From NCBI RefSeq assembly GCF_002105155.1, contig NW_019028980.1, positions 434,001 through 498,000 of the forward strand: a stretch of 64,000 bases of DNA, given 5' to 3'. A program made the position numbers and the translations under genes. The DNA comes from Lobosporangium transversale. Its lineage: Eukaryota. Below the pieces are notes generated by a model that saw only the letters and a list, made by a program, of their open reading frames with translations, was not told the origin of the DNA and did no database searches. The number at the start of each line of letters is the position of its first letter. Position 1 is the first letter of the stretch. Positions 50,599 through 62,834 of the stretch are shown in pieces.

Positions 50599-51674
50599 AT
50601 GCCATTAGGACCAGCCATCTTCAATGGCCATCATGTCATTGAATCCCCCCTCAAAGGGACTAATATAATAGTTCCATTACATTTTCCCAACGCCTCTTCC
50701 TATTACCTTACAGTGTTGAGGCTTTCTTGTACATTGTCCGCCATCCTGTCCCCACTAAGCATCGTAAAGACTTTGCCTGCGCGTGGCCAATTCTTTATTC
50801 AGTCCAGTCAAAGCCTTCCGGAAAGGTGATCATTGTTGTAAAAAGATTGGTGGTCCAGTGTGGTAGCTCCTTAGCTACCACTACTGCCTCTGATAGTCTC
50901 TCAACTATAGGACCTTCAACTGCTATTACACGTCAGTATTCTATGCATGTTGAAGGTAAACCATACGTGTAACTGGTTCCGCAGCGCATTGAATTATAAA
51001 TCCAAGGATATATGACTTGGTGATGTCCAATGCCAGCTTAGATGAATTACCATTTTCTATTAATATTCTTACCGCTTCATCTCCCTGCTTTATTCACTCT
51101 CTTCTATTGCTGCCATTACCGCCACTTCTGGTTCTTTTTGTTGTCTGTTTCGAAGATAAAGCTGAAGTTTCTATTGATGAAATGTCCGCTGTAAACTCAT
51201 CGTTAGTGGCGAGATTCGTAAGAGATTATTTTCATAGGACCAAGTGATGTGTCATATAAAGATCTCTCTAGTCCTGAATGACTCCACACATCTGAACGTT
51301 CGATTATATTTTCCTCTTCTCGCTTTTATGCTCTAGTCAGACCTTGGTTCTTCGCCGGATGATACCCAGGAGACAACACCACTGTCTGTTGATCTTCCCA
51401 GTTAACACTCTGCTTCTAAGGATGACGATACTGCAACAGTTCAATGTAGGCGTCGAATTGAACAGCTAGGCCAGAGCCATGCACTTTCACCGTATTTCCA
51501 TCCCATGGAAATAGATGGCAAAGTCCAATTCGAGACCTGGATCATAGCTTAAGTGCTGGCAAATGATCATTTCAAGAACAATACTGCTAGCATTGCTTAC
51601 CCTTCCTGCGGTGAATTAGATATGAGAGAAAAATCAGTAGCGGTCTGGAGGCTCTGTCGGATTCGTCGTTGATC
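50599..51674 (+). pseudogene. Unknown gene family, copy C (frameshifts, stops, 3'-truncated)
   Basis: YIVRHPVPTKHRKDF and ..DGKVQFETWIIA*V..; same exon layout as copy D. Ends at ..DSSLI, where the inverted F-box copy begins. Confidence 0.75.
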
Positions 51675-52748
51675 AGGTAGATCATGATACCATTTATTCC
51701 CCTGATCTAGATCCCCTGTCCAGTATTCGCTCCCGCAGACAGCAACCGGGTTGGTGAGATCAGGTAGCTGGTATAGAAGGGTTTAGCGATCTTGAAGGCA
51801 GTCCCCATCTGTGGCTGTAGGTCGCATGGGTATCGAAGCTGAAATGATGCTGTCGGATGGATAGTGGATGTTATATACAGGGGAACCAATGCGTCTCCAT
51901 TTGCCATTTGTGGTGGTCGTATCTGAGTGAAAAACTTGTGCCTCATTAAGCAACACTCTCAGACGACCTACTCTTGTTTGGACATTATTTGATACTTCTG
52001 ACATTGATGCAGCTCCGGTTACTTCAGAGGCCACTGTTTCTGATGGTGCTATTACATATACTGCATCAGAATTTGGTATAGTGTGTTCGAAAGCTGAGTC
52101 AACATCCATAGCAATATTGGCATTGGCACTGGCATCAGCATCGGCATTGACATCGGCATCGGAAGATTGTTGCAGCGACAATGACGTTAGTGGTGGTGGT
52201 AATGGCGGTAGATCAGCCGTCAATCTTTTGAATAGGTACGAGTCTTTGACTGTGATCTTTTTCCACATGGATGTACCATCTCTGTCGGGTTCATCTTCAA
52301 GTTTACAACCACGAGACCAGGAAGGGTGATGGAAGCAAAATAGGTCAAACCAATCACGGGAGGAAGTGATGCTGAAAAGGAAAGAGCATATATGACTGAA
52401 GCGCATCCGTTCAAGTGGGTCGCGGATCCATAGAGCAATAATCTTGAGGATCTCTGGAGGACATTGCAGTAGCTTGGACCGCTGGTTATGCTGCCTGGCC
52501 CTAGCAGTAGCTAGCTGAGCAGAATCGGCGGACGATGCTTCCATAAGCTAAAACGTCGAAGCGGTAATGAATGTATCGTGGAAGCCTTTCTCAGGAAGTA
52601 CTTTAATAGCCTCTTTGCTCTCTTAGTTCGAGCAGAGAAGCCAATGTATGATTTATGCCGCAATTGAAATGTATGAAATGTGATGGATGAAAATCGCCAA
52701 ATTGTGATGATAATAATTTTCCTCTCTATATTTATTGCCTGATGGCGA

Positions 52749-52787
<39 letters not shown>

Positions 52788-52855
52788 AGGTTCATGACTG
52801 CACAGATTGTAGCGTGGTATAAATTTACCGCGTTTTCACTGCAGGGGCTTTTTAA
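51675..52855 (-). pseudogene. Inverted near-identical partial duplicate of the F-box gene (upstream region plus about 300 N-terminal codons)
   Basis: Reverse complement matches about 27175-28356. ORF 51783..52544 (253 aa) repeats the F-box N-terminus and stops at a CAA>TAA change; small indels in the repeats. Confidence 0.92.
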
Positions 52856-53273
52856 AAAAAAAAAAAAAAAAAAGAAAAAGATGAGAGCACACCGATCTTT
52901 TGACGCGTCTAATATTATTTCCGGCCGTTCCACAAATGATAATCTTTTTCCTCCATTGAGCATCGAAAAAACATTGGTGCAGATTCTATATGACCTCATG
53001 GGTCCTTGTTGTCAAGAAAAAAAAAAAAAAGACATGGGTGCATGAGTAGCTTATTCATTCTGCTATTTAATCCAAGCGGATTGGTATGGTTGATTAACAT
53101 TCTGAGAAATGAATACAACAAATGATTATTACAATGAAATGAACCAAACATGTTTTATTCATGCTCTTATGGTGTAATTGTAATTGTGCAACATAAAAGC
53201 CCATCCGCATTTCGTATATAAACTTCAGGATGCCCACCCATCTTTTTGATCCTCACTTTACTCTTTGCATAAC

Positions 53274-54511
53274 ATGATATCAGAATCAACCATCAATCTC
53301 GACCACGTCTTTACGTTCTCCTCTAGCTCCCCTCAAAAAGGCCAGTACGGCAGTGACCTTACCTTACTCAAACGCCTATTAATGTTGAGTACCGACACTT
53401 CCTTGTATATTGTCCGTCATCCTACCCCTGCCAGGCATCGTAGAGGGTTTGAAAGTACATATTCTGCTCTCCATTCACTCCATCCAAGCCTTTCCAGAAA
53501 AGTGGTCACTTTCGCAAAAAGATTGATGGCCCAGTGTGGTGGCTCCTCAGCTACAGCTACCATCTCTGATAGCTCCTTAACTATAGCGCCGCCAGTCGCC
53601 GTTGTGCATCCGTATTCTATGGATGTTGAAGGTAAGCCATGAATGTAGCCGATCCCAGGACACATAGAGTCATAAATTTAAGGATATAAGGCCTGATGTC
53701 CAATGCCACCTAAGATGTTAAATACCACCTCGTTCTACTACCTTCATTCCATGCTAACATCCTTTCCGTCTTTACTTGTTCACTCTCTCTTCTACCGCCG
53801 TCATTTCTTCTGTTTCTGACTCTTCTATTGTTTAATTCAAAGACGAAGCTGAGGTCCTTGTTGATGAGACGTCCACTATGAACCCATTTTGGAACGCCGA
53901 GTTCCGTAAGAGACTACCTTTCATAGGATCATGTTGAGTGTCATATGCATATCTCTTTTTTTTTTTTTTTTTTTTTTTTTTTGGTCCTGAATGGTGCCAC
54001 ACGCCTAACCATCCAATTTCCTTTTCTTTCCCTCCATCCCTCCTTTTATGCTCTAGTCGCATCATGGCTAATGAAGGAGGCCATCGGCTCTGGTTCTTCG
54101 CTGGATGATGTCCGGAACACAGTAGCGCTGTCTATTGATATTCCCAGTGAGCACTCTGTTTCTGAAGATGACGACATTGCAGCAGTTCAACATATGGGTC
54201 GGACCCAACAGTCAGGACAGAGCCATCCACTCCCACCATCCTTTCGTCCTAGGAAAGTAGATGGCAAAGTCCAATCCGAGATCTGGGTTGTTGCACAGGT
54301 GTCGGTTGATGATTATTTCAAGAGCAATAGTGCTGGTATTGTTTATCCTTCTTGCAGTGAGTCGGAGATGAGGGAAAAAATTAGTAACGATCTGGAGGCT
54401 TTGTTGGACTCGTCGTTGATCAAGGATTTTGTCCTCTCAGAGGTAGACCATAATAGAATCGGACTTGACTTTTCGAGCACCAAGAAGAGGAAGCAAAAGA
54501 GGGGAATATAA
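53274..54511 (+). CDS. Unknown gene family, copy D (apparently intact, 3 exons)
   Basis: ATG 53274; YIVRHPTPARHRRGF. Exons about 53274-53630, 53842-53904, 54057-54511. LPPSFRPRKVDGKVQSEIWVVAQV..LLDSSLIKDFVLSEVDHNRIGLDF. Confidence 0.75.
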
Positions 54512-54546
54512 TAGAGATGAGATTAATACGTGTTCCCACAGCCCAC

Positions 54547-55050
54547 ATCACGAAAGTTGTAATAATTCAATAGGGATTCCATATCACATGTGCAATAAAG
54601 ATGATCGGCTTACCCTCCTCGGCCCTATTTGTCTCCAGGTGTTCAGGCAAATAGTGTTCAATCGACGTGCCAACAGCAAGATTCCCATTCATTTTCTGCA
54701 CCATCTGCCAAAATGACAATCCTAAATGAGCGAGCATCGCTGTGTAGGATCCTTCCGGGGGGGAATAGGCACTTCGACTGCCCAACTGACCTGGACTCCC
54801 CAATAATACAAATCAGGATGTTGAGCAAAGGCTGCAGGTGCAGGGTCAACGTTGGGGTTAAGATTAGAGTCAGGATTAGGATTGGCATTGAGGTTAGGCG
54901 CTGGTGCGGGTGTTGTAACTGGGGCACCGACTGAAGTGGGGAGAGGAGCAGTAGAAGTGTTGGAAGTTGTTTCGTTGGATGGGGCTGGAGTAGCTGTAGT
55001 GTTTGCAATTATAGAGGCAGTACTTGTGCTGGCATTGGCATTGGCATTGG
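54547..55050 (-). pseudogene. Inverted internal fragment of the F-box gene with an internal deletion
   Basis: Reverse complement matches about 29240-29865 (ANANASTS..HPDLYYWGVQVSWAVEVPIPPRKDPTQRCS..WHVD / EEGKPIIFIAHVIWN). About 140 bp are deleted between two CGAT copies. Confidence 0.9.
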
Positions 55051-55400
55051 CCTTGGCTCCTGTGCTCAAACTAAGGAAGCAAAGAAGCCATTAAGATGTT
55101 TCCCGAGAAAGGCTTTCACACTATATCCATTATCGTGTCAATGCTTTAGCTTATGGAAGTATCGTCCGTCGATTCTGTCCAGCTGGCTTCTGCAAGGGCC
55201 AAGTAGTAGCTTAACCAGCTTCGACCCAATGTCCTCTGAAGTTTTCAAGCGTTTTACTCATGTGCTTTGTCCTTTTTAGTATCACTTGTCCCACGAATGG
55301 TATATACTATTTTGCTTCCATCATCCTTTCTGATCTCGTGCCTGTAACCCTGAAGATGAGCCCGATACAACAGATAGCAAGTCCATGTAGAAAGGATAGT
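55051..55400 (+). pseudogene. Older, more diverged fragment of the F-box gene 5' region
   Basis: GAGAAAGGCTT..TTTAGCTTATGGAAGTATCGTCCGTCGATTCTG..TTTTGCTTCCATCATCC..GAAGATGAGCCCGA aligns to about 27350-27745 with stops and deletions. Confidence 0.8.
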
Positions 55401-55518
55401 GGCTCTGCTTTGTTTATCCTCTGTTGAGCCTTATGGAGGCAAACAGCCTCCTTATGCAAGGAGTTATGAAAGGCAATAGAGGCTTGCCACATCTTCAATC
55501 CCTCTATAAACCTCCAGG

Positions 55519-56660
55519 ATGCTCATTCACCTCTTTTGCTCCTTATCTTGATCGCCCAACATGCCATTGGAACCAAAGCATCGTCAGCGCCCATCATGTC
55601 ATTGAATTTTCTTCTCAAGCCCATTACAACAACCTCGAGTTATTCCAACGGCGCTTTCTATTGCTATCCAGCACCGAGACTTTTCTGTACATTGCTCATC
55701 AATCTATCCCCGCAAAGTATCATAGGGGCTTTGCCGGTGCATGGTCTACTCTCCCTTCACTCCAGTCAGAGCCTTCCAGAAAAGTAGTCATTGTTGCAAA
55801 AGAGATCGATGATTCAGTGTAGTAACTCCTCAGCTACCGTCACCACCTCTGGTGGACCCTCAACTATAGCGTCGTCAACCACTGTTGCGCATCCGTATTC
55901 TATACACGTTGAAGCTAAATCACAAGCACAACTGATCCCACTGCGCATTGGACCATGAATCCAAGAATGTATGACTTGATGATGTCCAATGCCAGCTTAA
56001 GTGTTAATCTTGCTAATGCTTTCTCTTTTATCTCCTCCTCTTTGTTTATTCATTCACTCTTCTGTCGCTGTCATTACCGCCGCCTCTGACTCTTTTTGTT
56101 GCTTGTCTCGAAAATAAAGCTGTGGTTCCTGTTGATGAGGTGTTCGTCGCAAACCTATTGTACAGTGGCGATTTTGTAAGAGACTATACTTCATGATATC
56201 ATGTGGTGCGCCATATAAAGCCCCCTTCAGTCCCGAATGATGCCGCACTCTGAGCATTCGATTTTATTTTCCTCTTAGTAAAAATCTTGGCTTTTGGATG
56301 AAGCCATCATTCCAGGTATCTGTCTTGGTTCTTCGTATCACTATCTATTGAGATTCCCAATAAACACTCTGCTTCTGAGGATGGTGATGTTGTAGCAGTT
56401 CAACGTATAGGCTGAGTCAAGCAGCTAGGCTAGAGTCATGCACTTTCATCATGCTTTTGTCCCAAGAAAGTGGATAGCAAAGCCTTATTCGAGACCTGGG
56501 TTGTTGCTCAAGTGTCGGTTCATGGCCATTTCAGGAATAACAATGCTAGTGCTATCGATCCCTGTAGTAAGTTGGAGATGAGAAAGATGAGTAACGATCT
56601 GGAAGCTCTGTTGGATTCGTCATTGATTAAGGATTATGTCCTTCAGATAGACCATATTGA
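55519..56660 (+). pseudogene. Unknown gene family, copy E (multiple stops and frameshifts)
   Basis: YIAHQSIPAKYHRGFAGAWS and KKVDSKALFETWVVAQV..NDLEALLDSSLIKDYVL; premature stops in the exon 2 and exon 3 remnants. Confidence 0.75.
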
Positions 56661-56897
56661 ATCGCACTTGACTTCGGAAACAAATGAATATGCGTTGCGA
56701 CGCCACAAAAAAGCTCGACTGGTACGTCATAGATCACGTGATTATTCTAGGATCCACTCCGCCTGTATTTTTTATTTTGGTTTTCCGAACAGAAATCGGG
56801 CGGACTGCAGCAAGCGCGCAAAGGAGAGAGCACAAACAAATCCATCATTCCCTTTCTCTTTTTCATCACCAATCACACCCCCTTTCCCTCCGTCACT

Positions 56898-58824
56898 ATG
56901 CTTCGCCTGTCTGCCCACTCGACTCGCAAGGCTGTTCAGCGTCTTGCTGTTCAGGTATACATATATACATCCACACAGTGCTTCTACACCTCCTTTACCT
57001 ATGTCGGAATCCTGATTTCAACTCCTTTGTTCAAACGCGGAAGCAATTTCCGAATCCCGATATCCTCCAAACATTCATGTATCATGGTCTCAATGTAAAA
57101 AAAACTCTCACACGTCTTTTATTTTCTCAATCCCGTTGTCCCCCTTATCGTTTGTAAATAGGCTCGCTACCAATCTACCAGCGCAAATGCTACCACCAGC
57201 ATGGTAATTACAAATGTTTATTCACCTACCTTCGAATATCAAGATCCGATATTGGAATTTGATTATTCAACTGAATCGCGCTATTCATGCTGTGCCATTC
57301 TTAACCAATAAAAAACCTTTATAGAACGCCAAAAATATCTCTATGGCTGCTGCTGGTGTCGCCACCGTCGGCGCTCTTGCTTACCTCTCCATGGAATCAG
57401 TTGATGCCAACATGCTTGCTGATGGTCTTCATCCCCCAGCACTTCCTTGGGAGCACAAGAAGAACCTTTCTACCTTTGATCATGCTGCGTAAGAAACTTC
57501 TTGCTTTCCCTCTTCTCCTTTCCCATCAAATGTTCGCCTCATATGAGGGGGATTGAGTTTCTTTATATTCCTTCGGTCGATTTTTATTACAGTTTTTTTT
57601 TTTTTTTTTTTTTTTCTCTCGGAAGACTTTCCGAGGCGTATTGCAAGGCATTGGATCTCACTCAATTCTGGATCAATTAATATATCAAAATACTCAATGG
57701 GAACAATAATGAGGAAGAAGGACACAGAAGGCAGCTAAAGGGATTATTGTGGAGATGACAGAAGACAGCAGTGTTTGATGGCGTGTATATATGTTTTTGA
57801 ACGAAGAGTGCATCAACTTCAAACATGGAAAGTATGGATTCTACCAATCAACCGATGATTGACATTTGAATTTTTACAAATGGCTCCAATTAGTATTCGA
57901 CGTGGTTATCAGGTTTATAAGGAGGTTTGCGCTGCTTGCCATTCTCTTGACCGTATTGCCTGGCGCAACTTGGTTGGCGTCTCGCACACTGAGGCTGAGG
58001 TCAAGGCCATGGCTGAGGAGAACGAGTACACTGATGGCCCCAACGATGTTGGAGATATGTTCCAGCGCCCCGGAAAGCTTTCGGATTATATGCCCCGCCC
58101 CTACGCCAATGAGGAACAGGCTCGCGCTGGTAACGCTGGTGCTCTCCCCCCAGATCTTTCGTTGATGATCAAGGCTCGTCACGGTGGCGCTGTAAGTGGA
58201 CTGATCCAGGATGTTGAACAAATATTTTTTTTCTTTACCGGTTAGGAAAGATAGCAATTAGAGAGAGTTCATTACATGTCTAATGATGTGTTTTTGTTTT
58301 ATTGCATGGATCTGGAATGCAAACTTTGCTTTATACGTTAATATTAGGACTACGTCTACTCCCTGTTGACCGGTTACCAGGATCCTCCAGCTGGTATTGA
58401 AATCCGTGAGGGCCTGAACTTCAATCCTTACTTCCCTGGTGGAGCCATTGGTATGGCTCGTGTGTTGTACGATGGGCTTGTCGAGTACGAGGACGGCACA
58501 CCCGCCACTACCTCACAGATGGCTAAGGATGTCACTATTTTCCTCAGCTGGGCTGCTGAGCCTGAGATGGATGAGCGTAAGAAGATGGGCATGAAGGCAT
58601 TGACCCTCCTGACCATCTTAACAGGTCTCTCAATCTACCTTAAGAGGCACAAATGGGCTGCACTCAAGACCCGCAAGATTTTGTACAAGTAAGTGTATTA
58701 GATGACGCGTTTTATTTTTTTATCAACATGTCAGCTGATAAATGAAAGGAAATAAGTATTAACAATACGCGTTTCATTTTTTTTTTAAAAAAAATTTAGT
58801 CCTCCTACACCAAAGAAGCACTAA
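56898..58824 (+). CDS. CYT1: Cytochrome c1, mitochondrial complex III, 6 exons
   Basis: Presequence [40 protein letters not shown] heme motif, [34 protein letters not shown]. Final mini-exon 58800-58824. Confidence 0.97.
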
Positions 58825-59271
58825 ACTATGATCCCTTCTATTTTTGACGATGTCCATGCCCTAGAATTATAATCACCAACCTTTTTCCTCTCATAAAAAA
58901 AAAGTTTCTTTTGTTATTAAAACAAATTGTTCTTTTCAGAATTCTTAATCATTTTTTCTCTGATAAAATATAAATGTGATTATCCGTCATTCGTCAACAA
59001 AAAAGATTTCGCATGCAGGCGGGCTGCGGGCGGAGGCGCTCAAAAAAAAAAAAAAAAAAAAAGTTTGTTCCTGTGCAGTCGTGGCAATCGGAACACAAAA
59101 TATTGGACAGAGCCATCACTTGCCTGGGTCACTTTCTTTTTTCTTTACCATTATCTCTATCTCCGAGGCTTTATCAAGCCACTTCACTCTACAACATCGG
59201 CCTCCAATTGCCTCTTTTGCATGGAACACCAATTAATAGCCTCGCTCCCACGCTGATTTTTCAGTTTCAAT

Positions 59272-60522
59272 ATGCTTGCACATCTTCGTTCCACCTTTCC
59301 TTCCACTTCCTTCCTTCGACTTTTCTCTACCCCCCTTTGTCCAACCCCATCTAATTCCTCAACCCTCAAGACCCGTGTTGCCGTTGCTAGTAGTATTATT
59401 AGCTATCATAAAGTCAATTATCATCTTCATCACCACTGCCGATATAATAGTACCATGGCCTCAGTTTCATCTAATGATGTTCCACATCCAGTGGCCATTG
59501 ACGAGGCGCTGGGTGAGCGCCTTCAACCCCATGAAGCCGAGCTTGCGGTCAAGGTGGCCGATTTGCTCGAGGGCAACATCCATAAAGCCTACGATAACAA
59601 GCCAGGTGAAGCACTCCGTGATGTGCACTCGAGAGCCACTGGTGTCCTTAGGGCTCAGTTCAAGGTTCACGAAGACATCCCACCACGTTTTGCCAAAGGA
59701 GTCTTTGTTCCCGGAAAGAGTTATGAAGCTATCGTACGTTTGTCGAACGGATCAGGTGATGCGAAGAAAGAAGACGAACGGGGCGATAGTCGAGGCTGCG
59801 CCATCAAGCTGTTGAATGTCCCAGGACCCAAGTTGTTGGAGACCGATCGAGATGCGACGACACAAGATTTCTTGATGATCAATAATCCACTGTTCTTTGT
59901 CAACGATTCCAAAGCGTATCTGGAAGCGATGGCCAAGAACTCTTCAGATTCGATTATACCCAAGCTAACGCTCCCATTCACATTGGGATTGAAGGGAACT
60001 CTCATCGCAGCCAAGCTGGGGTCGACCAAGATTTCCAACCCGTTGCAAGTTCAATATTTCTCAGCTGTTCCATATCAGCTGGGTGTGGGTGAGAGTCGAT
60101 TGGCGGTCAAGTACTCGTTGAAGCCCGTGTCGACAGCCCACGATGCGATGCCGTCTGACCCAGAGCCGGAGTTCTTGCACAAGGTTGTTGAGGCCACTTT
60201 GGCGAAAAAAGATGTGGAGTTCAAGTTTTTGGTGCAGCCCAAGGTAGACGAGCGTCAGGATGTGGAGGACTCGATGACAGAGTGGGATGAGAAGGAGGCA
60301 CCGTTTTATGAGATTGCAACTTTGACGGTACCGAGACAAGATACAGAGTCTGAAGAATTAAAAGCACTGGTGGAAAGATTGTCGTTCAACCCATGGCATT
60401 CCTTGGCGGAGCATAAACCTTTGGGTTCTATCAACCGTACAAGAAAGATTGTGTATGAGCGAATCTCACGAGTACGTGATCAAATGAACCATGTCCCTCG
60501 CGAGGAGCCAAAGGTCATATAG
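59272..60522 (+). CDS. Short catalase-related heme protein (catalase-like superfamily, y4iL/AOS-like type), intronless
   Basis: Distal His RDVHSRATG, VRLSNG, DSRGCAIKL, QDFLMINNPLFF, LSFNPWHSL..HKPLGSINRTRKIVY (proximal Tyr). Lacks the long C-terminal domain of typical catalases. Second in-frame ATG at 59455. Confidence 0.85.
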   Translation: MLAHLRSTFPSTSFLRLFSTPLCPTPSNSSTLKTRVAVASSIISYHKVNYHLHHHCRYNSTMASVSSNDVPHPVAIDEALGERLQPHEAELAVKVADLLEGNIHKAYDNKPGEALRDVHSRATGVLRAQFKVHEDIPPRFAKGVFVPGKSYEAIVRLSNGSGDAKKEDERGDSRGCAIKLLNVPGPKLLETDRDATTQDFLMINNPLFFVNDSKAYLEAMAKNSSDSIIPKLTLPFTLGLKGTLIAAKLGSTKISNPLQVQYFSAVPYQLGVGESRLAVKYSLKPVSTAHDAMPSDPEPEFLHKVVEATLAKKDVEFKFLVQPKVDERQDVEDSMTEWDEKEAPFYEIATLTVPRQDTESEELKALVERLSFNPWHSLAEHKPLGSINRTRKIVYERISRVRDQMNHVPREEPKVI

Positions 60523-61549
60523 AAAAAAAAAAAAAAAAAAAAAAAAAAGATAAGCAATAGCAGCGACAGCAATAGATCAACAAGATTTTATACGCACATT
60601 GCTTCGAGACAGTTGGATTGCTCTTGCATGAATAATAAAAAATAAAAAAATAAAAAAGTACGCGTTTTGTGTCATTAGGGGAGAGTCCATCATTGTTACC
60701 ACACAAACTCATACACCTCCTTTCCCCTTGTTGTGTGCGCGTGAGTGTGTGAAAATAAATAATACAAAAAAAAAAATCCTGCGCCACTGCTCCGCTGCTC
60801 CACTGCTCCACATTCACATCCATTTTCATTCCTTTTACCTCAATTGTCTGTCCTGTACAAATAATTCCACATTTAGTCGCATCCTCCATTAGTAAGGAAG
60901 GAAAAAAAAAAAAAAAAAAAAAAAAGAAGGTAATTTTGACCTTTTCATTCATTCCATAATTAGATTATAGTAGGGAACAAGGAACAGGGACAAACCTTGA
61001 CTGTCTTCAGTGTCATTTTCGTTTCATTACATTTTCCTGCGCGCAACAAAAAAAAAAAGTCAGCCTTACAATCTCACTGGACGACCAACAAGACAGGAAA
61101 CAGAGACAAAACTGAGACGAGCATTCTCCTTTCTTTATGAGCCCTTTTTTTTTTTTTTTTTTTTTTTTCTTTCTTCAACCGGCCACGCACATACCACTCA
61201 CGAAACTTTTTTATTTTTGCCTTTTTTTTAACTGGGGAACGAAGGTTGTTCTGTGGATGTGTGTATGCTTTGTGTATAAAATTTGGATATGCCACTTGAA
61301 CATTGATGGAAATTGTGTCAGACACCTAGATTTGTAAACTATTTTGTGCAGTCCAAACTAACCACAACGTTTTCTTACTGTGCCTTAATTTCTCATGAAC
61401 AATATTCAAAATACAAAATAGATCTTATTCTTCTCATTCTATTCCGACATCGACATTTACTCCATCCTCTTACCCCTCCTACTCTTACGCACCCTTTCCC
61501 CCTCCCTCCCTCTTCCGCCTATATCCGCAAGTCATACTCACATACTCTC

Positions 61550-62778
61550 ATGAAAGCATATCGCTCTGGTACCGTAATAAAAAATAAAGAAACTTCAGCG
61601 TGAAAACAAAAAAAAAAAAAAAAAAAAAAAAAGACTATTTACTTATCAACACTGACCTTCCCTCTGTACCTTCTTCCTCAAACATCAGGTCGTGGAGGCT
61701 CAACGCTACGAGGGAAAGCAAATAACACAAAGGTGTCGGCCCCAGCGCCTGTTAATCTTCCTAGTCGACGCCACGAAAAAGGAGGACTTGATTCGTTGGT
61801 GGCGTCAGGCCCAAGCTGGGGATCACCATCCACCTCTTCAACCGCTGTACTGACCGCTTCATCCTCAGCCGCATCATCTCCTGCTGCCACTACTACAGAA
61901 GGAGCCAATCCATTGTCAGGAGCAGATACAGGAGACACCTCTGTGGGATCACAAGGAGCAAGCAATACCAGCACTAATACTAATGTCAACACCAGTACCA
62001 ATATCAGTTCCAATACCAGCTCCAATACCAATAGCAATCCTAATGGCAATAGCAATGTCAATATCCCTAGTAATGGTGACTCGCCTCTCATGGAATCCTC
62101 TGTAGGTTCGCCTCTTCAAAAGCCTGCGCCTCGAGCATGGAGAACAGTGGCACATACCCCAGAACTGCATCATGATGAATTTCCTACTGCCGCAGAGGCT
62201 GCCAAAATAACACAGCAGCATGGTAAGCAAAGATTTTTTTCTCCTGTGTTTACTTTGGTCACTTGAGCAAGTGATGGCGAAGGCATTGCGAAACATTGCT
62301 TATTACACATATTTTAACATAGTTCTTTTTGCATGATGCACACACTGATTTTATTTATTTTTTCTTTTGCTTTTACATATGACTTGATTGGGAAAACCGG
62401 CTTTTTTTTTTTTTTTTTTTTTTTTCTGTGTAATAGATCAGCAGAGCCATGGACATACAAACAACCAAAATCAAAATGGTAGAGCCAATAACACTATCTC
62501 AGAAAAGAACACGACTGTAAGTAAAAAGAAATGATAGAAAGCCTTCTTTTGGAATTTTTTTTTGTGAAAAAAAAAAAAAAAAAAAAAAAAACTGAAACCT
62601 TGTGCCATGAATTTGCTGTTTACATGTGGTATAAATTGAATATGGTACCATTATATAGACACCAAACAATACGGTAGCAAGTACGGCGCCGAATACGGCA
62701 GCGAGTATGGTAGCAAGCGAGCCCATGTCGAAAACCGTCTCTACTTTGTCATTAGGGGCCGATAACTGGGATGAGGTA

Positions 62779-62834
<56 letters not shown>

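Noticed and set aside
51675..52855. RIP-like mutation in the duplicated F-box copy (CAA>TAA stop)
   Set aside because: Differences are few and go in both directions, with indels; no consistent dinucleotide bias is visible.
56470..57015. 181-aa ORF apparently fusing family copy E to the CYT1 5' region
   Set aside because: Non-ATG start inside a pseudogene; it reads through the CYT1 promoter in a different frame from CYT1.
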